Shown here: one piece after another, positions 20,042 through 30,012 of the stretch
How positions within the stretch are numbered: position 1 is the first letter of the stretch
Layout of the letters: the number at the start of each line of letters is the position of its first letter
Assembly: GCA_036343635.1 (NCBI GenBank)
Contig: JAYYVF010000066.1
Span: 6,173-70,172, forward strand
DNA: 64,000 nucleotides
Source of the DNA: Candidatus Latescibacterota bacterium
GTDB lineage: Bacteria > Latescibacterota > UBA2968 > UBA8231
Direction: 5' to 3'
The notes under the pieces: model-generated
Database searches by the model: none
Seen by the model: only the letters and a program-made list of their open reading frames with translations
What the model was told of the DNA's origin: nothing
Made by a program: the position numbers and the translations under genes

Positions 20042-20557
20042 ATGGCGAATGTTAAAGAGGCAATTGAGGAAGTAATTGAAGAATCGTACCTTCTAAATTT
20101 GACTGCGGAAGAAATTCGTCGGGATTTTGAAAAATTTATCGAGACGTGTTTTGCTGTGATCAGATCTAATGTACGGGATCGGGAAGCTATAGCTGAATTG
20201 AATAAGGAGCTGGCTCGCGAGAAAACCTGCATATTAATTGCCGAGCATGATGGACTGAAGGAAGCCTCTGAGATGTCCGGTGATTCAGGCATACGTGTTC
20301 CGATCTCGGGTTTTGCGGAAAAAGTCGCCCGCCGGAAATGCCTCATTCTAAAGGTCATCGCTGAAATAGATCCTAAGCTTGTTCGGCTTATTGATGAGCA
20401 TCGTTTTAGCGGGGAATTACCGAATGAGCCCGTAGGCACAATTAAGGTTCGGCCTGATCGCGAGCAGTTAAGAATGCTTATTCTTCAGATGGGATATGGT
20501 GTCACTGTTGCGGTGATTGTTTTATTGATGTATTTGGGATTGTCCCTGAATCCTTGA
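20042..20557 (+). CDS. Hypothetical protein with a single C-terminal transmembrane helix
   Basis: 171-aa ORF with an upstream TTGACA at 19929 and a hydrophobic C-terminus. Confidence 0.65.
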   Translation: MANVKEAIEEVIEESYLLNLTAEEIRRDFEKFIETCFAVIRSNVRDREAIAELNKELAREKTCILIAEHDGLKEASEMSGDSGIRVPISGFAEKVARRKCLILKVIAEIDPKLVRLIDEHRFSGELPNEPVGTIKVRPDREQLRMLILQMGYGVTVAVIVLLMYLGLSLNP

Positions 20558-20610
20558 AAAGGTTTGGTGCATTTTTCTTGTCCTAATTTTTTCGATATTT
20601 TTGCGTAATT

Positions 20611-20644
20611 AACCAGGAATGTGCCGTTGCGCATTTCTGGTTTT
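20611..20644 (+). terminator. Terminator-like hairpin just upstream of carB
   Basis: AACCAGGAATGTGC-CGTT-GCGCATTTCTGGTT followed by TT. Confidence 0.6.
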
Positions 20645-20681
20645 GCGTGTGGTTTAAAATTTTACAAGCAGATTGAAAATA

Positions 20682-23600
20682 ATGCCAAAACGCTCTGATA
20701 TAAAAAAGATAATGCTCATAGGGTCGGGACCCATTGTAATAGGTCAGGCTTGTGAATTTGATTACTCTGGTACACAGGCTTGTAAAGCTCTTCGGGAGGA
20801 GGGTTATGAAATAGTTTTAGTCAATAGCAATCCTGCCACGATTATGACGGATCCCGAAATGGCTGATCGTACATATATCGAGCCAATTACTCCTGATATT
20901 TGCGCAAAGATCATTGAATTTGAGCGACCTCAGGCTCTTTTGCCGACTCTTGGTGGTCAGACTGCTTTAAATACGGCTGTATCTTTGGCTGAATCGGGTG
21001 TCTTAGAGGAGTTCGGGGTTGAGATGATCGGTGCCAAATTAGATGCAATAAAGACTGCCGAAGATCGCGAACTGTTTAAAGCCGCTATGGATCGTGCGGG
21101 TTTGGATATGCCTCGGGGGTTTTTTATCCATTCTCTGGAGGAAGGTCTTAAGCATCAGAGTCAACTCGGTTATCCCACAATAATTCGTCCTTCATTCACC
21201 ATGGGAGGAAGTGGTGGTGGAATTGCTTATAATGCGGAAGAGTTTGAACGGATTGTATCGCATGGTTTGGATCTTAGTCCTATCAATGAAGTTTTAATTG
21301 AAGAGTCTGTGTTGGGTTGGAAAGAATTTGAATTAGAAGTAATGCGAGATAAGGCAGATAACGTGGTGATAATTTGTTCGATAGAAAACTTTGATGCGAT
21401 GGGAGTTCACACTGGTGACAGCTTGACAGTTGCTCCATCTCAGACATTGTCTGATAAAGAGTATCAGATAATGCGTGATGCAGCTATTCGTGTTATCCGA
21501 GAAATTGGAGTAGATACAGGAGGATCGAATATTCAATTTGCTCTGAATCCAGAAAATGGGCGTATGACCGTTATAGAGATGAATCCGCGAGTATCACGAT
21601 CCTCTGCTCTTGCTTCGAAGGCTACTGGGTTTCCAATTGCAAAGATTGCCGCAAAGCTCGCTGTGGGGTATACATTAGATGAAATCCCAAATGATATTAC
21701 CCGCGAGACGCCTGCATCTTTTGAGCCCACTATTGACTATGTAGTTACGAAAATCCCTCGCTTTACTTTTGAGAAATTCCCAAGCAGTCCAGATCTGTTG
21801 GATACACAAATGCGATCTGTTGGTGAGACGATGTCAATCGGTAGAACTTTCAAAGAATCATTGCAGAAAGGGCTTCGTTCTCTTGAAACGGGCCGTGCGG
21901 GTTGGGGTTGTGATGGCAAGGATTTTGACTCAAAAAATATTACGGACAAAGAGCTGCGAAACAAATTAGTGATGCCTAATTCCCTTCGTATTTTCTATAT
22001 AAAACTTGCTATTGAAAAGGGATATGAGCTTGAAAAGTTGCATGAATTAACGGGAATAGACAATTGGTTTCTAGATCAATTGATGCAATTGAATGAAATG
22101 GGACAAAAGTTGATGTCTATGAAAGCCGATCCTGATCCGAGTATTTTTAGGCAGGCTAAAGAGTTTGGGTTTAGTGATCGTCAATTGGCCCAGATATGGG
22201 AGGTTGATGAAACTACCGTTCGATCGAGGAGGCAAGCGGCTGGTATTTGTCCTGTTTACAAAACTGTGGACACGTGTGCTGCTGAATTTGCGGCGCATAC
22301 TCCTTATCATTATTCGGCGTATGACCGTGAAAATGAAGCGGTAAGTTCAACGAATAAAAAAATAGTCATTCTCGGGGGAGGCCCTAACCGAATAGGACAA
22401 GGAATTGAATTCGATTATTGCTGCGTTCATGCCTGTTTTGCTTTAAGGGAAGATGGTTTCGAAACAATAATGGTGAACAGCAATCCAGAGACGGTAAGTA
22501 CGGACTACGATACGGCAAATAAGCTTTATTTTGAACCTCTTACGGTAGAAGATGTCTTGAATATTGTAGAGAATGAAGATCCTGATGGTGTGATTGTACA
22601 ATTCGGTGGTCAAACACCGCTTAATCTTGCCCGTGAACTGGAAAGTGCTGGTGTGCCTATTATTGGCACATCCCCGTCTAGTATTGACTTGGCTGAAGAC
22701 CGAGAGCGGTTTGGCAGTCTCTTGCAAGAGTTGGGTATTCCTCAACCGGAGAACGGCCTTGCCAGTTCGCTAAAAAAAGCAAAAGCAGTAGCTCGAAAAA
22801 TAGGATACCCTGTTCTGGTGCGTCCGTCCTATGTTCTCGGTGGACGCGCGATGGTAATAGTATATGATGACGTGAGTTTGGCAGACTATATGAATCAAGC
22901 GATTGGTGTTTCTCCGGATCGGCCGATCTTGATAGATAGTTATTTGGAGGGTGCTCAGGAATTTGATGTAGACGCCGTTGCTGACGGTAAAGATGTTGTA
23001 ATCGGTGGGATCATGCAGCATATAGAGCATGCCGGAGTTCATTCCGGTGATAGTGCCTGTAGCTTGCCACCATATGATATTACAGCTGAACACAGTGAAA
23101 TTATCCGTGCTTATACGCATTTGCTCGCAAAAGAGCTTGGTGTTGTCGGTTTGATGAATGTGCAATATGCTATCCACAGAGGTAAAGTTTTCGTCCTAGA
23201 AGTTAATCCACGTGCCTCACGCACTGTCCCATTTGTCAGTAAGGCCATAGGTCGTCCTTTAGCGAAGATTGCCGCTCGTGTTATGGTGGGTATAACGCTT
23301 TTTCAACAAGGCGTAACTGAAGAAATTATTCCAAGTCACATATCTGTAAAAGAAGCAGTCTTGCCGTTTATAAAATTTCCAGGTGCCGATAGCATACTAG
23401 GGCCGGAAATGAAATCAACCGGTGAAGTGATGGGGATTGGAGCGGATTTTGGGACTTCATTTTTAAAGGCGCAGATGGGAGCTAATACCTTGTTGCCGAG
23501 TGAAGGAAATGTGTTTATTAGCGTGGCAGATGTAGATAAGGATGGGATCGTTGCCATTTCTAAGCGTCTCTACAAGGCCGGTTTCTCTATTGTTGCGACC

Positions 23601-23912
23601 AAAGGTACTCGAGAACATTTGGTCGCCAATGGAGTGGAAGCGAAAATGATAAAAAAAGTGCATGAAGGGAGGCCTCATGTCGAAGATGCGATTCGTAGTA
23701 AAGAGATTGCACTTGTCATTAATACTCCATTGGATGAACCGTCACAGTATGACGATTTTCTAGTGCGCCGTGCGGCTGTGATGAATAATGTCCCTTACAC
23801 GACCACGCTGGCGGGAGCACAGGCTGCCGTGGAGGGTATTGAAGCTCTCCAGCGTTCAGGGCTTGAAGTCTGTGCGCTACAAGAGTATCACAAGGCCGTA
23901 CAATCAAATTAA
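20682..23912 (+). CDS. carB: Carbamoyl-phosphate synthase large subunit
   Basis: [20 protein letters not shown], duplicated ATP-grasp domains, C-terminal MGS domain. Confidence 0.98.
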   Translation: MPKRSDIKKIMLIGSGPIVIGQACEFDYSGTQACKALREEGYEIVLVNSNPATIMTDPEMADRTYIEPITPDICAKIIEFERPQALLPTLGGQTALNTAVSLAESGVLEEFGVEMIGAKLDAIKTAEDRELFKAAMDRAGLDMPRGFFIHSLEEGLKHQSQLGYPTIIRPSFTMGGSGGGIAYNAEEFERIVSHGLDLSPINEVLIEESVLGWKEFELEVMRDKADNVVIICSIENFDAMGVHTGDSLTVAPSQTLSDKEYQIMRDAAIRVIREIGVDTGGSNIQFALNPENGRMTVIEMNPRVSRSSALASKATGFPIAKIAAKLAVGYTLDEIPNDITRETPASFEPTIDYVVTKIPRFTFEKFPSSPDLLDTQMRSVGETMSIGRTFKESLQKGLRSLETGRAGWGCDGKDFDSKNITDKELRNKLVMPNSLRIFYIKLAIEKGYELEKLHELTGIDNWFLDQLMQLNEMGQKLMSMKADPDPSIFRQAKEFGFSDRQLAQIWEVDETTVRSRRQAAGICPVYKTVDTCAAEFAAHTPYHYSAYDRENEAVSSTNKKIVILGGGPNRIGQGIEFDYCCVHACFALREDGFETIMVNSNPETVSTDYDTANKLYFEPLTVEDVLNIVENEDPDGVIVQFGGQTPLNLARELESAGVPIIGTSPSSIDLAEDRERFGSLLQELGIPQPENGLASSLKKAKAVARKIGYPVLVRPSYVLGGRAMVIVYDDVSLADYMNQAIGVSPDRPILIDSYLEGAQEFDVDAVADGKDVVIGGIMQHIEHAGVHSGDSACSLPPYDITAEHSEIIRAYTHLLAKELGVVGLMNVQYAIHRGKVFVLEVNPRASRTVPFVSKAIGRPLAKIAARVMVGITLFQQGVTEEIIPSHISVKEAVLPFIKFPGADSILGPEMKSTGEVMGIGADFGTSFLKAQMGANTLLPSEGNVFISVADVDKDGIVAISKRLYKAGFSIVATKGTREHLVANGVEAKMIKKVHEGRPHVEDAIRSKEIALVINTPLDEPSQYDDFLVRRAAVMNNVPYTTTLAGAQAAVEGIEALQRSGLEVCALQEYHKAVQSN

Positions 23913-26572
23913 TGTTGGTATCTGCTTCAATCATTTTCCTACTACTATTCTCATATAGTTGTGTTTATTTCAATACTTTTTATAATGCCGAGAAGTATTT
24001 TCGTCAGGCTGAAAAGGCTCGTCAAGGACATGAGAAGTTGTATGCAGGTTGGGAATTAGAAGATGATTTGAATGATCAATTCCAACGGCCGCGACCTCAA
24101 AAAGCAGAGCAATTATATGATAAGGCGGCCAGAAAAGCTTCCAAAGTTTTAGAGAAGTATCGCGACAGTGATTTGGTTGATGATGCCATGTTTCTCATGG
24201 GCAGGTCATTTTATTGGCGTGCCGAATATCTACGGGCTATACAGGCGTTTCGCGACTTGGAGATAAATTTCCCTGATAGTGAATTCTGTACCCGTTCACG
24301 CTATTGGAGAGCAAAATGTCTGGAAGATCAACGAATTGACGGACAGGCCCAGGCCCTGTATCGCGAGTTGTTTGAAGAGGGAGACGACGAAATAGCCGCA
24401 AATGCAGGCTGGAGATTGTCTGAAATGGCGATCCTTCGAGAAGATTATGTTGCTGCTTCTAGGCAATTGCAAGAGACATTAGAATCTTACCCTAATTCAT
24501 CAATAACCTCACTTTTATGGCTAAAATTGGCGGTTGCCTTGGGAGCATTGGAAGATTCTACTCGTTTTGTTGAGATAGAATATGCTTTGAATAATGTGCT
24601 GGACGGCAATCCGGATTTCGATCAGGAATATCGAGCCCGTTTAAATTTAGGTAAAATGCGATATAATCAGGGTGATGTTGAAGGTGCTTTAGGAATCTAC
24701 CTTGGTTTATTGAGGAATAGTAGCTTTCGAGTTTATGAGGGTCGTACTCGCCTATTGATTGGTAGGTATTACGAAGATAGGGGTAATCACGAAATAGCGA
24801 CCAACGAATATGAAAAGGTTCGCGATGATTTTCCAGGTAGCCCAGCTTCCGCGATGGCTCTTTATCAAACAGGGATGCTCCATATGCAATTGTATGGAGA
24901 TATAGATCTGGCCCAGGAATATTTTCATGAAGCGGGTCGAGAGAAATCTGGATCTCAAGCTGACCTGTTGGCTAAGCAAATGCTAGGTCACCTTAATCGG
25001 TTGAATAATTTAACACTCAGTATTCAATTGGCTGACTCCCTTGCTGCTGATTCCTTGACGATAGATTCTCTAAATGACACAACTGAGGTGGATTTACCTG
25101 ATGTGTCAGACAGCGTTGCTGTGTCTAATAAAGATACCGCTGTTGTTGTCAGTCGGTCTTTAGAAACATTGGATGAACTTTTTACAATAGCAGAAATTTA
25201 TAGGGACGATGTAGGTCAAGTGGATTCGTCTATTGCTTATTATGAAGAAATAATTAGTCGCTATCCAACTTCGGAGCAACTTCCACGTGCTTTGTATAGT
25301 ATTGCCTGGATTTTGACCGAACTAAATAGCGATCCGATTGGAGCGGAGGTTTTTTTGGCAGAGTTAATCGAACAATATCCTACTTCGTTACAAGCCAATG
25401 AGGCACGCCAACTTTTAGGTTTGCCTTTACTCCAGACCGAAGATGAGAAGGCGACACAGCTTTTCAGGGAGATTGAAAACCGTCGTCTAAAAAACCCTGA
25501 AGTAACAGAAAGCTATATTCCTGCGTTAGATAGGCTTTCCAGCGAGTTTTCTGGATCTCAAATGGGGGCTAAGGCTCTCTATGTTGCCGCTACATCTTTC
25601 GAAGATATAGTTGGAGACACGGTTCAGGCAGAAATACGTTACGAAAAGCTAAGGAAAGATTTTTACGAGACTGAGCTAGGCAAACTCGCTATAGCTCGTC
25701 AGGAGGCACGGTTGAACGGTGCGATTGCAAAACTTGAACGCGGCATAAAAGGTCTTGGAGGAAAACCAAAACCGGGCGAGAAAATATCATTTCTTTCCGT
25801 GGAGCCAGACACTTCAGATTCAATCTTTCGTGCCAACAAATATTTGGCTTTTGGATTGCGGGCACACCGGAGGGGAAATACGGCCCAAGCTCGTGATTTT
25901 TTTGAGCAAAGTGTTGAGGAAATGTTGAATAATCCTCAAGGGTTGTACATGTTGGGATTGGTTTCTTTGGACGAAGGATTTTATAATGAGGCTCTGGAAT
26001 TCTTTTATCAGACGTTAGTTTTTTCGCCTGGTCATCTCAATTCAAAATATCGTCTCTTTGATTATTATTTGGCTGATACCAATGAAGATTCAGCTCAGAA
26101 ATATCTTCAAGAGCTAATTCAACGTGATAGGAAAAATTTACAACTGAGATACATTAGGGAACAAAACCCCGAGATACTCCAGGGTGAGCCTCTAACTGCT
26201 GCAGAAATGCAAGGTTTTGGGGTTACTCCGCCAGATGAGGTTTTCGAGATATCTACGCATGTATTAAAGCTGGCTGAAGAGCCGATAGTCCGTAAGGTGG
26301 TTTTCCCTGACTCAAAAAATCTTTCTGGTAATGATTCGTTGGAAGTTTTAGTTGATGTACTTATAGACAAAAATGGAAACGTAGGCGAGGCTAAGTTGTT
26401 TCGTGGGGAAGAGCCGTATGCATCGATTGCCGTGGAGGCAGCTCAAGAATATTTGTTTTACCCTGCTTTAAAGCACGATGAAGAGCCAATAAATGTATGG
26501 GTTGAGTTAACCATACCATTTATTCCTGAGTCCTCTTTTAGAGAAGGGATGAACAGGAAAAATACCAGGTAA
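23912..26572 (+). CDS. TPR-repeat lipoprotein with a C-terminal TonB_C-like domain
   Basis: Lipobox-like FSYSC followed by YFNTFYNA; many TPR repeats; C-terminal VLVDVLIDKNGNV...AVEAAQEYLFYPA...PINVWVELTIPF. Confidence 0.75.
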   Translation: MLVSASIIFLLLFSYSCVYFNTFYNAEKYFRQAEKARQGHEKLYAGWELEDDLNDQFQRPRPQKAEQLYDKAARKASKVLEKYRDSDLVDDAMFLMGRSFYWRAEYLRAIQAFRDLEINFPDSEFCTRSRYWRAKCLEDQRIDGQAQALYRELFEEGDDEIAANAGWRLSEMAILREDYVAASRQLQETLESYPNSSITSLLWLKLAVALGALEDSTRFVEIEYALNNVLDGNPDFDQEYRARLNLGKMRYNQGDVEGALGIYLGLLRNSSFRVYEGRTRLLIGRYYEDRGNHEIATNEYEKVRDDFPGSPASAMALYQTGMLHMQLYGDIDLAQEYFHEAGREKSGSQADLLAKQMLGHLNRLNNLTLSIQLADSLAADSLTIDSLNDTTEVDLPDVSDSVAVSNKDTAVVVSRSLETLDELFTIAEIYRDDVGQVDSSIAYYEEIISRYPTSEQLPRALYSIAWILTELNSDPIGAEVFLAELIEQYPTSLQANEARQLLGLPLLQTEDEKATQLFREIENRRLKNPEVTESYIPALDRLSSEFSGSQMGAKALYVAATSFEDIVGDTVQAEIRYEKLRKDFYETELGKLAIARQEARLNGAIAKLERGIKGLGGKPKPGEKISFLSVEPDTSDSIFRANKYLAFGLRAHRRGNTAQARDFFEQSVEEMLNNPQGLYMLGLVSLDEGFYNEALEFFYQTLVFSPGHLNSKYRLFDYYLADTNEDSAQKYLQELIQRDRKNLQLRYIREQNPEILQGEPLTAAEMQGFGVTPPDEVFEISTHVLKLAEEPIVRKVVFPDSKNLSGNDSLEVLVDVLIDKNGNVGEAKLFRGEEPYASIAVEAAQEYLFYPALKHDEEPINVWVELTIPFIPESSFREGMNRKNTR

Positions 26573-26623
26573 AAACAGTGTATATAGATATGAATATGGC
26601 CATGACATTTTTGTCAAGAGCAT

Positions 26624-27340
26624 TTACAGAATTTCTTCCTCTTCCTTGGTATTTTTCAAAATTCGTCTTAGTTTTACAAGATTGAAACAGACAGTACCCA
26701 ACGAAAACGCATCTGCACCTAAATCCTTATAATATTTTATGTCCTCAATACTTGTTATTCCCCCACCAGCAATCACTTTATTATTTTCGTCAATGTTTTT
26801 TATATGTGTTATAAATTTTGTAGAATATTCCTTGAGAATTTCACCTGATCTTGCCCCTTTGGGTGTCTTTAAAGTATTTACTGCATGGAATTTAGAGAAC
26901 CCTTGATCGATGAGAGAGTCGACATCTGACAAAGCCATATTTGGTGACAATTTAATTATTGGATTGCGTGACGAGAAACATCCAATATCCCTTGTATAGT
27001 CATTGAAATGGGCGATGTTGGGACAGGAAATATTCAATTCAAGAGGAATATTATCGGGGATCCTTTTCGCCAATAATTCCCAGTCGGCTGCTTCTATTGC
27101 AGCTATTGAGATAATTGTATTTGGTCGGTATCGACCAATTCCTGTGTGTATACCAGGGTTTCGTAATCCAAGGGCATTATACCAACATTTTTCTCTGAAA
27201 GAATAACGCAGAGTCTTAACTATTTGGAGCAGTAGTCCTGTTCGTTGATGTAAAGTAAATGTACCCAATACGGGGGTTGTATTCCTAGGTTGTATATAGT
27301 TGCCAAATGGTGCGGAAATATAGATTTTGGTTTTGTTCAT
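26624..27340 (-). CDS. pyrD: Short dihydroorotate dehydrogenase-like flavoprotein
   Basis: NALGLRNPG, ELNISCPN (catalytic Cys), IKLSP, VNT, IAGGGI. Probable start MNKTKIYISAPFGN. Confidence 0.75.
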   Translation of the reverse strand: MNKTKIYISAPFGNYIQPRNTTPVLGTFTLHQRTGLLLQIVKTLRYSFREKCWYNALGLRNPGIHTGIGRYRPNTIISIAAIEAADWELLAKRIPDNIPLELNISCPNIAHFNDYTRDIGCFSSRNPIIKLSPNMALSDVDSLIDQGFSKFHAVNTLKTPKGARSGEILKEYSTKFITHIKNIDENNKVIAGGGITSIEDIKYYKDLGADAFSLGTVCFNLVKLRRILKNTKEEEEIL

Positions 27341-27495
27341 ATGATAAAGTGGATACTTTCGTAATAATTTGATCAGTTTTTCGTATGGGACCGTTTGCAA
27401 GTATCTTCTAAAGATCTAAGTTTCGCTTAATTATTGCTTTTTGCCAAGTTTGTGGCCGAATATGATGGTATGTAGGTTTAATTGAGAGATGAGGA

Positions 27496-28011
27496 ATGCC
27501 TAAAATTAACCCATTGTGCGTAGTTTTTTTGTTGACACTGTGCATGGTTAATTGTACTCCCTACCCAATATATATTTCTCCTGAAAAGGGATCTTCAACA
27601 GGTCGAACTTCTATTTTCACCAAGTCAGAGCGGGTGGTAAAGCCAAAGCCGATTCCACTTCCGAACAAGACTGCTCATCCGGTTAGTACTGAGAGCATTG
27701 ATACTACCCGGGCTTACCAGATCGGAGTTTCTTCCTTTTACGGGAAAAAATTTCATGGTCGAAAAACTGCGAATGGTGAAACTTTTAATATGTACAAGCT
27801 GACGGCTGCACACCGAGTGTTACCGCTCGGGACCTATGTACGTGTGACGCATCTCGACAATGGGAGGTGGGTCGAAGTAAAGGTGAATGATCGCGGGCCT
27901 TTTATCGAAGGACGGATTCTTGACCTTTCGTTTGCGGCGGCATTGGAGATAGAGATGGTTAATGCAGGAAAGGCCCGTGTTATGATAGAAATTATGGACG
28001 TGGATAACTAG
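27496..28011 (+). CDS. rlpA: Septal-ring lytic transglycosylase RlpA-family lipoprotein
   Basis: [36 protein letters not shown]. Confidence 0.92.
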   Translation: MPKINPLCVVFLLTLCMVNCTPYPIYISPEKGSSTGRTSIFTKSERVVKPKPIPLPNKTAHPVSTESIDTTRAYQIGVSSFYGKKFHGRKTANGETFNMYKLTAAHRVLPLGTYVRVTHLDNGRWVEVKVNDRGPFIEGRILDLSFAAALEIEMVNAGKARVMIEIMDVDN

Positions 28012-28904
28012 TCAGATAATTGTTTGAGTGTTGCTGAAATAACGGAATCGACACTTATATTCTTCATGGATTTGTTGGGTTCTGACAAGATTTGGCTTTT
28101 GGGGTGGCGAGGCGCCCAAACTTGTGGGTCAGTGGGGCCAAAAAGGGTTAGGGTTGCTGTTCCCACAGCCGCTGCCAAATGCCCCGGTCCAGAATCATTC
28201 CCAACAAATAATTTTGCACTTGCCAAGAAGCAGGCAAGTTCTTCAAGACTTTGTGGACACCCTATTGGGATGTCTGTGGATTCGGTAATTCCCATTTCTT
28301 TCTCAATCGGGCCTTGTATAAGGCTTACTTTTATTCCTTGTTGCTGTAAATTTTTCGCCAAGGTGATAAAGTTTTCCAGTGGCCAATTTTTTTTTGGAGA
28401 GCTACTCCCAACATGGGCAACAACATCAATCTTACAAATTTGCTTTTTTGAAATTGGTGATATAGGAGATCGGTTCAATACTGGGATTTTTAAAGTTTTT
28501 GTGAGAGGTGACAATAGATGATCGGTTATGTGGCCTGAATAATTAATGGGTGGTTGCGGATCAAAAAAGAAAGCTTTATTCCCCAATAGGTTTTTTGCGT
28601 TTCGGAATAGATTTCCATACGGTTTGCTGTAAATCAATGCCAACGTGGTTTTAGCAAGTAAATTCTCTATATGTTTGGGTAACGATCCATCGTTGTACAG
28701 TCCGCCCCAATTTCGAGATTCACTGTCGATCACGCCCCAGGATTTTGTCAGCATTGAACAATTTGTAGGCCGACCTATGGCGTAAAGTTGGTACGAGGGG
28801 AAATATTCTTGAATAGCCTGAAAAACTGGTAGCGTCAGTACGAAATCGCCCAAAGCCCCATTACGAAAAATTATTATATTATTCTCAAATTCTGAATCAG
28901 TCAT
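28008..28904 (-). CDS. Glycosyltransferase family 9 (heptosyltransferase-like)
   Basis: [40 protein letters not shown]. Confidence 0.88.
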   Translation of the reverse strand: MTDSEFENNIIIFRNGALGDFVLTLPVFQAIQEYFPSYQLYAIGRPTNCSMLTKSWGVIDSESRNWGGLYNDGSLPKHIENLLAKTTLALIYSKPYGNLFRNAKNLLGNKAFFFDPQPPINYSGHITDHLLSPLTKTLKIPVLNRSPISPISKKQICKIDVVAHVGSSSPKKNWPLENFITLAKNLQQQGIKVSLIQGPIEKEMGITESTDIPIGCPQSLEELACFLASAKLFVGNDSGPGHLAAAVGTATLTLFGPTDPQVWAPRHPKSQILSEPNKSMKNISVDSVISATLKQLSD

Positions 28905-28947
28905 AGCTTGCTAAATTTGAAGAAATAGCTTAAAATCTAATGCTAAC

Positions 28948-28976
28948 CTGACATAGTATAAGTAATATACTATTTT
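28948..28976 (+). promoter_or_regulatory. Putative sigma70 promoter of the stand-alone rplC
   Basis: CTGACA-N17-TATTTT upstream of an AGGAG RBS. Confidence 0.4.
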
Positions 28977-29010
28977 ACAGTGAATGAGATAAGTATATAG
29001 GAGCAGAAAT

Positions 29011-29625
29011 ATGGGCGCCCTTATTGGGAAAAAACTGGGTATGACGCAGTTGTATAACGACAAAGAAGATTTAATACCGGTTACGGTAGTAGCGGCTGGC
29101 CCCTGTCCTGTTGTGCAGGTGCGTAGCAGCGATGCTAATGGATATGACGCTTTGCAATTAGCTTTTGAAGAAGTACCTGAACGTAAATCGAACAAACCCG
29201 AAAAAGGGCACCTTGATAAGGCAGGTGTTGCGCCACATAGATTCTTGCGTGAATTTCGTGGGCTCTCCGGAGATTTTGAGGTTGGTCAGGTGTTGGATGT
29301 TAGTCAGTTTGAGGTAGGTCAGAAAGTAAAAGTTACTGGGACTTCAAAGGGTAAAGGCTTCTCCGGGGTAATGAAGAAATTTCATTTTAGGGGAAAGAAT
29401 GCTTCACATGGTGCGCAAAAACCTCGGCATGGTGGCTCGATTGGTCAAGGCACAACGCCTGGTAAGGTGTGGAAGGGAAAGAAAATGCCCGGGCAGTTGG
29501 GTAACAAGACGGTCTCTACAAAAGGTTTGGATATTATTCGCATCGATGCTGAACGAAACTGATTATTTATCAAGGGGGCGGTACCTGGGGGATCAAATGG
29601 AGTTGTTCATATACAAAACTCCTGA
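29011..29625 (+). CDS. rplC: 50S ribosomal protein L3, interrupted by an in-frame TGA at 29560-29562
   Basis: GKKLGMTQ, PVTVV, GYDALQL, GTSKGKGF, GKKMPG. After the TGA the same frame continues LFIKGAVPGGSNGVVHIQNS*. Confidence 0.95.
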
Positions 29626-29661
29626 TTCGGCGGACTTTTACGTTTCACAGTAATCCCATTA

Positions 29662-30003
29662 TTAGGGTGGCCATCCTAAGCGAGTGCCGCCAATCAAATG
29701 TATGTGTAAGTGTTCAACGGTTTGGCCCCCGTCTGGACCTGAGTTGATGACTATTCGGTAACCCGAAGTTCCGATACCCTCATTTGTTGCAATCTTTTTT
29801 GCCATAAGTAGTAGATGGCCTAGTAAATTGTTATTTTCGCCTTTCACGGTAGAAAGGCCGGTTATTGGGTCTTTGGGAATGATGAGTATATGTATAGGGG
29901 CTTGTGGGTTTGTGTCTCGAAATCCAAGACAGAGGTCGTCTTCATATACAATGTCTGCTGGTATTTCTCTTCTGATAATTTGGCTAAATATTGTTTCCGT
30001 CAT
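29662..30003 (-). CDS. hinT: Histidine triad (HIT) nucleotide-binding protein
   Basis: TIFSQIIRREIPA, PQAPIHILIIPK, GQTVEHLHIHL. Confidence 0.93.
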   Translation of the reverse strand: MTETIFSQIIRREIPADIVYEDDLCLGFRDTNPQAPIHILIIPKDPITGLSTVKGENNNLLGHLLLMAKKIATNEGIGTSGYRIVINSGPDGGQTVEHLHIHLIGGTRLGWPP

Positions 30004-30012
30004 GGGTTATTA

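Noticed and set aside
29560-29562. Genome-wide UGA reassignment (code 4 or 25) as the explanation for the rplC stop
   Set aside because: TGA ends full-length genes here (uvrB, the ABC ATPase, E1 alpha, rplC itself), tRNA-Trp has a CCA anticodon, and no other intact gene has an internal TGA.
29560-29600. Selenocysteine insertion in L3
   Set aside because: The position is not a Cys site in L3 to my knowledge, and only a weak hairpin follows, not a convincing bacterial SECIS.
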